DNA of 64,000 bases. It comes from Eledone cirrhosa. Taxonomy: Eukaryota. Location: contig OZ024741.1 of NCBI GenBank assembly GCA_964016885.1, positions 2,914,001 through 2,978,000 of the forward strand, written 5' to 3'. Under the pieces are notes generated by a model. That model was given only the letters and a program-made list of their open reading frames with translations. It was not told the origin of the DNA and did no database searches. Of this stretch, positions 38,555 to 50,100 are shown piece after piece; the stretch's first letter is position 1; the number at the start of each line of letters is the position of its first letter. Made by a program: the position numbers and the translations under genes.

Positions 38555-41250
38555 TCTTCTCTGAAGACCTTCTACTGTCCAGTTCCTCTCACAGTTTCTT
38601 CTCTGAAGACCTTCTACTGTCCAGCTCTCCTCACAGTTTCTTCTCTGAAGACCTTCTGCTGTCCAGCTCTCCTCACACTTTCTTCTCTGAAGACCTGCTG
38701 CTGTCCAGCTCTCCTCACAGGTTCTTATCTGAAGATCTTCTGCTGTCCAGCTCTCCTCACAGTTTCTTCTCTGAAGACCTCCTGCTGACCAGCTCTCCTC
38801 ACAGTTTCTTCTCTGAAGTTCTTCTACTGTCCATCTCTCCTCACAGTTTCTTGTTTGAAGACCTTCTACTGTCCAGCTCTCCTCACAGATTCTTCTCTGA
38901 AGACCTTCTTTGTCCTGCTCTCCTCACAGTTTCTTTTCTGAACACCTTCTACTGTCTAGCTCTCCTCACAATTTCTTCTCTGAAGACCTTCTTCTGTCCA
39001 GCTCTCCTCACAGTTTCTTCTCTGAAGACCTTCTACTGTCCAGCTATCCTCACAGTTTCTTCTCTGAAGAGCTTCTACTGTTCAGCTCCACTCACATTTC
39101 ATTCTCTGAAGACCTTCTACTGTCCAGCTCTCCTCACAGTTTCTTCTCTGAAGACCTTTTACTGTCCAGCTCTCCTCACAGTTTCTACTCTGAAGACCTT
39201 CTGTTGTCCAGCTCTCCTCAAAGATTCTTCTCTGAAGACATTCTACTGTCCAGCTCTCCTCACAGTTTCTTCTCTGAAGACCTTCTACTGTCCACCTCTC
39301 CTCACAGTTTCTTCTCTGAATTCCTTCTACTGTCCAGCTCTCCTCAGAGATTCCTCTCTAAAGTCCTTCTACTGTCCAGCTCACCTCACAGTTTCTTCTC
39401 TGAGGACCTTCTTCTATCCTGCTCTCATCACAGCATCTTCTCTGAAGACCTTCTACTGTCCAGTTCCTCTCACAGTTTCTCCTCTGAAGACCTTCTACTG
39501 TCCAGCTCTCCTCACAGTTTCTTCTCTGAAGATCTACTACTGTCCAGCTCTCTTCACAGTTTCTTCTCTGAAGACCTTCTACTGTCCAGCTCTCCTCACA
39601 GTTTCTACTCTGAAGACCTTCTACTGTCCAGCTCTCCTCACAGATTCTTCTCTGAAGACATTCTACTGTCCAGCTCTCCTCACAGTTTCTTCTCTGAAGT
39701 CCTTCTACTGTCCAGCTCTCCTCACAGATTCTTCTCTGAGGTCCTTCTACTGTCCAGCTCTCCTCACAGTTTCTTCTCTGAAGACCTTCATTGTCCTGCT
39801 CTCCTCACAGTTTCTTTTCTGAAGACCTTCTACTGTCCAGTTCCTCTCACAATTTCTTCTCTGAAGACCTTCTACTGTCCAGTTCCTCTCACAGTTTCTT
39901 CTCTGAAGACCTTCTACTGTCCAGCTCTCCTCACAGTTTCTTCTCTGAAGACCTTCTGCTGTCCAGCTCTCCTCACACTTTCTTCTCTGAAGACCTGCTG
40001 CTGTCCAGCTCTCCTCACAGGTTCTTATCTGAAGATCTTCTGCTGTCCAGCTCTCCTCACAGTTTCTTCTCTGAAGACCTCCTGCTGACCAGCTCTCCTC
40101 ACAGTTTCTTCTCTGAAGTTCTTCTACTGTCCATCTCTCCTCACAGTTTCTTGTTTGAAGACCTTCTACTGTCCAGCTCTCCTCACAGATTCTTCTCTGA
40201 AGACCTTCTTTGTCCTGCTCTCCTCACAGTTTCTTTTCTGAACACCTTCTACTGTCTAGCTCTCCTCACAATTTCTTCTCTGAAGACCTTCTTCTGTCCA
40301 GCTCTCCTCACAGTTTCTTCTCTGAAGACCTTCTACTGTCCAGCTATCCTCACAGTTTCTTCTCTGAAGAGCTTCTACTGTTCAGCTCCACTCACATTTC
40401 ATTCTCTGAAGACCTTCTACTGTCCAGCTCTCCTCACAGTTTCTTCTCTGAAGACCTTCTACTGTCCAGCTCTCCTCACAGTTTCTACTCTGAAGACCTT
40501 CTGTTGTCCAGCTCTCCTCACAGATTCTTCTCTGAAGACATTCTACTGTCCAGCTCTCCTCACAGTTTCTTCTCTGAAGACCTTCTACTGTCCACCTCTC
40601 CTCACAGTTTCTTCTCTGAATTCCTTCTACTGTCCAGCTCTCCTCAGAGATTCCTCTCTAAAGTCCTTCTACTGTCCAGCTCACCTCACAGTTTCTTCTC
40701 TGAGGACCTTCTTCTATCCTGCTCTCATCACAGCATCTTCTCTGAAGACCTTCTACTGTCCAGTTCCTCTCACAGTTTCTCCTCTGAAGACCTTCTACTG
40801 TCCAGCTCTCCTCACAGTTTCTTCTCTGAAGATCTACTACTGTCCAGCTCTCTTCACAGTTTCTTCTCTGAAGACCTACTACTGTCCAGCTCTCCTCACA
40901 GTTTCTACTCTGAAGACCTTCTACTGTCCAGCTCTCCTCACAGATTCTTCTCTGAAGACATTCTACTGTCCAGCTCTCCTCACAGTTTCTTCTCTGAAGT
41001 CCTTCTACTGTCCAGCTCTCCTCACAGATTCTTCTCTGAGGTCCTTCTACTGTCCAGCTCTCCTCACAGTTTCTTCTCTGAAGACCTTCATTGTCCTGCT
41101 CTCCTCACAGTTTCTTTTCTGAAGACCTTCTACTGTCCAGTTCCTCTCACAGTTTCTTCTCTGAAGACCTTCTACTGTCCAGTTCCTCTCACAGTTTCTT
41201 CTCTGAAGACCTTCTACTGTCCAGCTCTCCTCACAGTTTCTTCTCTGAAG
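38555..41250 (+). repeat. Tandem duplication of a 1300-bp (31-monomer) unit
   Basis: 38581/39881/41181, 38910/40210 and 39791/41091 are offset by 1300 = 31x42 - 2 (two 41-bp monomers). Confidence 0.92.
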
Positions 41251-44200
41251 ACCTGCTGCTGTCCAGCTCTCCTCACAGTTTATTCTCTGAAGATCTTCTG
41301 CTGTCCAGCTCTCCTCACAGTTTCTTTTCTGAAGCCCTTCTGCTGCCCAGCACTCCTCACAGTTTCTTCTCTGACACCTTCTACTGTCCAGCTCTCCTCA
41401 CAGTTTGTTCTCTGAAGTTCTACTACTGTTCAGCTCTCCTCACAGTTTCTTCTCTGGAGACCTTCTACTGTCCAGCTCTCCTCACAGTTTCTACTCTGAA
41501 GACCTCCTGTTGTCCAGCTCTCCTCACAGATTCTTCTCTGAAGACATTCTACTGTCCAGCTCTCCTCACAGTTTCTTCTCTGAAGACCTTCTACTGTCCA
41601 GCTCTCCTCACAGTTTCTTCTCTGAAGACCTTCTGCTGTCCATTTCTACTCACAGTTTCTTCTCTGAACACCTTCTACTGTCTAGCTCTCCGGACAGTTT
41701 CTTCTCTGAAGACCGTCTACTCTCCAGCTCTCCTCACAGTTTCTTCTCTGAAGTCCTTCTACTGTCCAGCTCTCCTCACAGATTCCTCTCTAAAGTCCTT
41801 CTACTATCCAGCTCACCTCACAGTTTCTTCTCTGAGGACATTCTTCTGTCCTGCTCTCATCACAGTATCTTCTCTGAAGACCTTCTACTGTCCAGTTCCT
41901 CTCACAGTTTCTCCTCTGAAGAACTTCTACTGTCCAGCTCTCCTCACAGTTTCTTCTCTGATGACCTTCTTCTGTCCTGCTCTCTTCACAGTTTCTTCTC
42001 TGAAGACCTTCTACTGTCCAGTTCCTCTCACAGTTTCTTCTCTGAAGACCTTCTACTGTCCAGCTCTCCTCACATTTTCTTCTCTGAAGACCTTCTGCTG
42101 TCCAGCTCTCCTCACACTTTCTTCTCTGAAGACCTGCTGCTGTCCAGCTCTCCTCACAGTTTCTTATCTGAAGATCTTCTACTGTCCAGCTCTCCTCACA
42201 GAATCTTCTGTGAAGACCTTCTACTGTCCAGCTCTCCTCACAATTTCTTCTCTGAAGACCTTCTGCTGTCCATTTCTACTCACAGTTTCTTCTCTGAACA
42301 CCTTCTACTGTCTAGCTCTCCGGACAGTTTCTTCTCTGAAGACCGTCTACTCTCCAGCTCTCCTCACAGTTTCTTCTCTGAAGACCTCCTGCTGACCAGC
42401 TCTCCTCACAGTTTCTTCTCTGAAGTTCTTCTACTGACCATCTCTCCTCACAGTTTCTTGTTTGAAGACCTTCTACTGTCCAGCTCTCCTCACAGTTTCT
42501 TCTCTGAAGTCCTTCTACTGTCCAGCTCTCCTCACAGTTTCTTCTCTGAAGACCTTCTTTGTCCTGCTCTCCTCACAGTTTCTTTTCTGTAGACCTTCTA
42601 CTGTCCAGTTCCTCTCACAGTTTCTCATCTGAAGACCTTCTACTGTCCAGCTCTCCTCACAGTTTCTTCTCTGAAGACCTTCTACTGTCCAGTTCCTCTC
42701 ACAGTTTCTTCTCTGAAGACCTTCTACTGTCCAGCTCTCCTCACAGTTTCTTCTCTGAAGACATTTTTCTGTGCAGCTCTCCTCACACTTTCTTCTTTGA
42801 AGACCTTCTACTGTCCAGCTCTCCTCACAGTTTCTTCTCTGAAGACCTACTGTCCAGCTCTCCTCACAGTTTCTTTTCTGAAGCCCTCCTGCTGCCCAGC
42901 ACTCCTCACAGTTTCTTCTCTGAACACCTTCTACTGTCTAGCTCTCCTCCAAATTTCTTCTCTGAAGACCTTCTTCTGTCCAGCTCTCCTCACAGTTTCT
43001 TCTCTGACGACCTTCTACTGTCCAGCTATCCTCACAGTTTCTTCTCTGAAGAGCTTCTACTGTTCAGCTCCACTCACATTTCATTCTCTGAAGACCTTCT
43101 ACTGTCCAGCTCGCGTCACAGTTTCTTCTCTGAAGACCTTCTACTGTCCAGCTCTCCTCACAGTTTCTACTCTGAAGACCTTCTGTTGTCCAGCTCTCCT
43201 CACAGATTCTTCTCTAGACATTCTACTGTCCAGCTCTCCTCACAGTTTCTTCTCTGAATTCCTTCTACTGTCCAGCTCTCCTCAGAGATTCCTCTCTAAA
43301 GTCCTTCTACTGTCCAGCTCACCTCACAGTTTCTTCTCTGAGGACCTTCTTCTATCCTGGTCTCATCACAGTATCTTCTCTGAAGACCTTCTACTGTCCA
43401 GTTCCTCTCACAGTTTCTCCTCTGAAGACCTTCTACTGTCCAGCTCTCCTCACAGTTTCTTCTCTGATGACCTTCTTCTGTCCTGCTCTCTTCACAGTTT
43501 CTTCTCTGAAGACCTTCTACTGTCCAGTTCCTCTCACAGTTTCTTCTCCCGAAGACCTTCTACTGTCCAGCTCTCCTCACAGTTTCTTCTCTGAAGACCT
43601 TCTGCTGTCCAGCTCTCCTCACACTTTCTTCTCTGAAGACCTGCTGCTGTCCAGCTCTCCTCACAGTTTCTTCTCTGAAGATCTTCTGCTGTCCAGCTCT
43701 CCTCACAGATTCTTCTGTGAAGACCTTCTACTGTCCAGCTCTCCTCACAATTTCTTCTCTGAAGACCTTCTGCTGTCCATTTCTACTCACAGTTTCTTCT
43801 CTGAACACCTTCTACTGTCTAGCTCTCCGGACAGTTTCTTCTCTGAAGACCGTCTACTCTCCAGCTCTCCTCACGGTTTCTTCTCTGAAGACCTCCTGCT
43901 GACCAGCTCTCCTCACAGTTTCTTCTCTGAAGTTCTTCTACTGTCCATCTCTCCTCACAGTTTCTTGTTTGAAGACCTTCTGCTGTATAGCTCTCCTCAC
44001 ACTTTCTTCTCTGCAGACCTTCTACTCTCCAGCTCTCCTCATCATTTCTTCTCTGAAGACCTTCTACTGTCCAGCTCTCCTCACAGTTTCTTCTCTGAAG
44101 ACCATCTACTGTCCAGCTCTCCTCACTGTTTCTTCTCTGAAGACCTTCTAATGTCCAGCTCTACGAACAGTTTCTTTTCTGAAGACCTTCTATTGTCCAG

Positions 44201-45069
44201 CTCTCCTCACAGTTTCTTCTCTGAAGTCCTTCTACTGTCCAGCTCTCCCCACAGATTCCTCTCTAAAGTCCTTCTACTGTCCAGCTCACCTCACAGTTTC
44301 TTCTCTGACGACCTTCTTCTGTCCAGCTCTCCTCACAGATTCTTCTCTGAAGACCTTCTACTGTCCAGCTCTCCCCACAGATTCTTCTCTGAAGACCTTC
44401 TACTGTCCAGCTCGCCTCACTGTTTCTTATCTGAAGACCTTCTACTGTCCAGCTCTACGAACAGTTTCTTTTCTGAAGACCTTCTACTGTCCAGTTCTCC
44501 TCACACTCTCTTCTTTGAAGACCTTCTACTATCCAGCTCTCCTCACAGTTTCTTCTCTGAAGACCTACTGTTCAGCTCTCCTCACAGTTTCTTTTCTGAA
44601 GCCCTCCTGCTGCCCAGCACTCCTCACAGTTTCTTCACTGAACACCTTCTACCGTCCAGCTCTCCTCACGTTTTCTTTTCTGAAGACCTTCTACTGTCCA
44701 GCTCTCCTCACAGTTTCTTCTCTGAAGACCTTCTACTGTCCAGCTCTCCTCACAGTTTCTACTCTGAAGACCTTCTACTGTCCGGCTCTCCTCACAGTTT
44801 CTTCTCTGAAGACCTTCTACTGTCTAGCTCTCCGGACAATTTCTTCTCTGAAGACCGTCTACTCTCCAGCTCTCCTCACAGTTTCTTCTCTGAAGACCTC
44901 CTGCTGACCAGTACTCCTCACAGTTTCTTCTCTGAAGTTCTTCTACTGTCCATCTCTCCTCACAGTTTCTTGTTTGAAGACCTTCTGCTGTATAGCTCTC
45001 CTCACACTTTCTTCTCTGTAGACCTTCTACTCTCCAGCTCTCCTCATCATTTCTTCTCTGAAGACCTTC

Positions 45070-47160
45070 TACTGTCCAGCTCTCCTCACAGATTATTCTC
45101 TGAAGACCTTCTACTGTCCAGCTCTCCTCACTGTTTCTTCTCTGAAGACCTTCTACTGTCCAGCTCTACGAACAGTTTCTTTTCTGAAGACCTACTGTCC
45201 AGCTCTCCTCACAGTTTCTTCTCTGAAGTCCTTCTACTGTCCAGCTCTCCTCACAGATTCCTCTCTAAAGTCCTTCTACTGTCCAGCTAACCTCACAGTT
45301 TCTTCTCTGAAGACCTTCTTCTGTCCTGCTCTCATCACAGTATCTTCTCTGAAGACCTTCTACTGTCCAGCTCTCCTCACAGTTTCTTCTCTGATGACCT
45401 TCTTCTGTTCTGCTCTCTTCACAGTTTCTTCTCTGAAGACCTTCTACTGTCCAGTTCCTCTCACAGTTTCTTCTCTGAAGACCTTCTACTGTCCGCATCT
45501 CCTCACATTTTCTTCTCTGAAGACCTTCTGCTGTCCAGCTCTCCTCACACTTTCTTCTCTGAAGACCTGCTGCTGTCCAGCTCTCCTCACAGTTTCTTCT
45601 CTGAAGATCTTCTGCTGTCCAGCTTTCCTCACAGATTCTTCTGTGAAGACCTTCTACTGTCCAGCTCTCCTCACAATTTCTTCTCTGAAGACCTTCTGCT
45701 GTCCATCTCTACTCACAGTTTCTTCTCTGAAGACCTTCTACTGTCTAGCTCTCCGGACAGTTTCTTCTCTGAAGACCGTCTACTCTCCAGCTCTCCTCAC
45801 AGTTTCTTCTCTGAAGACCTCCTGCTGACCAGCTCTCCTCACAGTTTCTTCTCTGAAGTTCTTCTACTGTCCATCTCTCCTCACAGTTTCTTGTTTGAAG
45901 ACCTTCTGCTGTATATCTCTCCTCACACTTTCTTCTATGCAGACCTTCTACTCTCCAGCTCTCCTCATCATTTCTTCTCTGAAGACCTTCTACTGTCCAG
46001 CTCTCCTCACAGATTCTTCTCTGAAGACCTTCTACTGTCCAGCTCGCCTCACTGTTTCTTCTCTGAAGACCTTCTACTGTCCAGCTCTCCTCACAGTTTT
46101 TTCTCTGAAGACGTTCTGCTGAGCAGCTCTCCTCACACCTTCTTCTATGAAGACCTGCTGCTGTCCAGCTCTCCTCACAGTTTCTTTTCTGAAGATCTTC
46201 TACTGTCCAGCTCTCCTCACAGATTCTTCTGTGAAGACCTTCTACTGTCCAGCTCTCCTCACAATTTCTTCTCTGAAGACCTTCTACTCTCCAGCTCTCC
46301 TCATCATTTCTTCTCTGAAGACCTTCTACTCTCCAGCTCTCCTCACAGATTATTCTCTGAAGACCTTCTACTGTCCAGCTCTCCTCACTCTTTCTTCTCT
46401 GAAGACCTTCTACTGTCCAGCTCTACGAACAGTTTCTTTTCTGAAGACCTTCTACTGTTCAGCTCTCCTCACAGTTTCTTCTCTGAAGTCCTTCTACTGT
46501 CCAGCTCTCCTCACAGATTCCTCTCTAAAGTCCTTCTACTGTCCAGCTCACCTCACAGTTTCTTCTCTGAAGACATTCTTCTGTCCTGCTCTCATCACAG
46601 TATCTTCTCTGAAGACCTTCTTCTGTTCTGCTCTCTTCACAGTTTCTTCTCTGAACACCTTCTACTATCCAGTTCCTCTCACAGTTTCTTCTCTGAAGAC
46701 CTTCTACTGTCCGCATCTCCTCACATTTTCTTCTCTGAAGACCTTCTGCTCTCCAGCTCTCCTCACACTTTCTTCTCTGAAGACCTGCTGCTGTCCAGCT
46801 CTCCTCACAGTTTCTTCTCTGAAGATCTTCTGCTGTCCAGCTTTCCTCACAGATTCTTCTGTGAAGACCTTCTACTGTCCAGCTCTCCTCACAATTTCTT
46901 CTCTGAAGACCTTCTGCTGTCCATCTCTACTCACAGTTTCTTCTCTGAAGACCTTCTACTGTCTAGCTCTCCGGACAGTTTCTTCTCTGAAGACCGTCTA
47001 CTCTCCAGCTCTCCTCACAGTTTCTTCTCTGAAGACCTCCTGCTGACCAGCTCTCCTCACAGTTTCTTCTCTGAAGTTCTTCTACTGTCCATCTCTCCTC
47101 ACAGTTTCTTGTTTGAAGACCTTCTGCTGTATAGCTCTCCTCACACTTTCTTCTATGCAG
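45070..47160 (+). repeat. Local duplication (~45070-45940 vs ~46330-47160)
   Basis: Offsets 1260 (45265/46525) then 1218 (45891/47109), i.e. 30 then 29 monomers. Private variants GTCCGCATCTCC and CAGCTTTCCTC are shared. Confidence 0.85.
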
Positions 47161-50100
47161 ACCTTCTGCTGAGCAGCTCTCCTCACACCTTCTTCTATGA
47201 AGACCTGCTGCTGTCCAGCTCTCCTCACAGTTTCTTTTCTGAAGATCTTCTACTGTCCAGCTCTCCTCACAGATTCTTCTATGAAGACCTTCTACTGTCC
47301 AGCTCTCCTCACAATTTCTTCTCTGAAGACCTTCTGCTGTCCAGCTCTCCTCACAGTTTCTTCTCTGAAGACCTTCTACAGTCCAGTTCTCCTCAAACTT
47401 TCTTCTCTGAACACCTTCTACTGTCCAGCTCTCCTCACAGTTTCTTCTCTGAAGATCTTCTTCTGTCCAGCTCTCCTCAATGTTTCTTCTCTTAAGAACT
47501 TCTACTGTCCAGCTCTCCTCACAGATTCTTCTGTGAAGACCTTCTACTCTCCAGCTCTCCTGACAATTTCTTCTCTGAAGACCTTCTGCTGTCCAGCTCT
47601 CCTCACAGTTTCTTCACTGAAGACCTTCTATTGTCTAGCTCTCCGGACAGTTTCTTCTCTGAAGACCTTCTACTGTCCAGTTCCTCTCACAGTTTCTCAT
47701 CTGAAGACCTTCTACTGTCCAGCTCTCCTCACAGTTTCTTCGCTGAATACCTTCTACTGTCCAGCTCTCCTCACAGATGCTTCTCTGAAGATCTTCTACT
47801 GTCCAGTTCCTCTCACAGTTTCTTCTCTGAAGACCTTCTGCTGTCCAGCTCTCCTCACACTTTCTTCTCTGAAGACCTGCTGCTCTCCAGCTCTCCTCAC
47901 AGTTTCTACTCTGAAGATTTTCTACTGTCCAGCTCTTCTCACGGATTCTTCTGTGAAGACCTTCTACTGTCCAGCTCTCCTCACAATTTCTTCTCTGAAG
48001 ACCTTCTGCTGTCCATCTCTCCTCACAGTTTCTTCTCTGAAGACCTTCTACTGTCTAGCTCTCCGGACAGTTTCTTCTCTGAAGACCTTCTACTCTCCAG
48101 CTCTCCTCACAATTTCTTCTTTGAAGAGATTCTACTGTCCAGCTCTCCTCACAGTTTCTTGTCTGAAGTTCTACTACTGTCCAGCTCTCCTCACAGTTTC
48201 TTCTCTGAAGACCTCCTGCTGACCAACTCTCCTCACAGTTTCTTCTCTCAAGTTCTTCTACTCTCCAGCTCTCCTCACAGTTTCTTCTCTGAAGACCTTC
48301 TACTCTCCAGCTCTCCTCATAATTTCTTCCCTGAAGAACTTCTACTGTCCAGCTCTCCTCACAGTTACTTTTCTGAAGACCTTCTACTGTCCAGTTCTCC
48401 TCACATGTTTTCTTTGAAGACGTTCTACTGTCCAGCTCTCCTCACAGTTTCTTCTCTGAAGACCTACTGTCCATCTCTCCTCACAGTTTCTTCTCTGAAT
48501 ACCTTCTTCTGTCCAGCTCTCCTCGCAATTTCTTCTCTGAAGACCTTCTACTGTCCAGCTATCCTCACAGTTTCTTTTCTGAAGGGCTTCTACTGTTCAG
48601 CTCCCCTCACAGTTCATTCACTGAAGATCTTCTACTGTCCAGTTCTCCTCACACTTTCTCCTCTGAAGATCTTCTACTGTCCAGCTCTCCTCACACATTC
48701 TTCTCCGAAGACCTTCTGCTGTCCAGCTCTCTTCACATTTTCTTCTCTGAAGACCTTCTACTGTCCTGCTCTCCTCACAGTTTCTTCTCTGAAGTTCTAC
48801 TACTGTCCAGCTCTCCTCACAGTTTCTTCTCTGAAGACCTCCTGCTGACCAGCTCTCCTCAAAGTTTCTTCTCAGAAGTTCTTCTACTGTCCATCTCTCC
48901 TCACAGTTTCTTGTCTGAAGACCATCTGCTGTATAGCTCTCCTCGCAGTTTCTTCTCTGAAGACCTTCTACTGTCCAGATATCCTCACAGTTTCTTCTCC
49001 GAAGAGCTTCTACTGTTCAGCTCCCCTCACAGTTCATTCTCTGAAGATCTCCTACTGTCCAGTTCTCCTCACAATTTCATCTCTGAAGATCTTCTACTGT
49101 CCAGCTCTCCTCACACTTTCTTTTCTGAAGACCTTCTGCTGTCCATCTCTCCTCACAGTTTCTTCTCTGAAGAGGTTCTACTGTCCAGCTCTCCTCACAG
49201 TTTCTTGTCTGAAGTTCTACTACTGTCCATCTCTCCTCACAGTTTCTTCTCTGAAGACCTTCTACTGTCTAGCTCTCCGGACAGTTTCTTCTCTGAAGAC
49301 CTTCTACTCTCCAGCTCTCCTCACAGTTTCTTCTCTGAAGAACTTCTACTGACCAGCTCTCCTCATGATTTCTTCTCTGAAGACCTTCTACTGTCCAGCT
49401 CTCCTCACAGTTTCTTCTCTGAAGAGATTCTACTGTCCAGCTCTCCTCACAGTTTCTTTTCCTAAGTTCAACTACTGTCCAGCTCTCCTCACAGTTTCTT
49501 CTCTGAAGACCTCCTGCTGACCAACTCTCCGCACAGTTTCTTCTCTGAAGTTCTTCTACTGTCCATCTCTCCTCACAGATTCTTGTCTGAAGACCTTCTG
49601 CTGTATAGCTCTCCTCACAGTTTCTTCTCTGAAGACCTTCTACTGTACAGCTCTCCTCACAGTTTCTTCTCTGAAGACCTTCTACTCTCCAGCTCTCCTC
49701 ATAATTTCTTCTCTGAAGACCTTCTACTGTCCAGCACTCATCACAGATTCTTCTCTGAAGACCTTCTACTGTCCAGCTCTCCTCACTGTTTCCTCTCTGA
49801 AGACCTTCTACTGTCCTGCTCTCCTCACAGTTTCTTTTCTGAAGAGCTTCTACTGTCGAGTTCTCCTCACATTTTTTATTTGAAGACGTTCTACTGTCCA
49901 GCTCTCCTCGCAGTTTCTTCTCTGAAGACCTACTGTCCAGCTCTCCTCACAGTTTCTTTTCTGAAGCCCTTCTGCTGCCCAGCACTCCTCACAGTTTCTT
50001 CTCTGAACACCTTCTACTGTCCAGCTCTCCTCACAGTTTCTTTTCTGAAGACGTTCTACTGTCCAGCTCTCCTCGCAGTTTCTTCTCTGAAGACCTTCTA

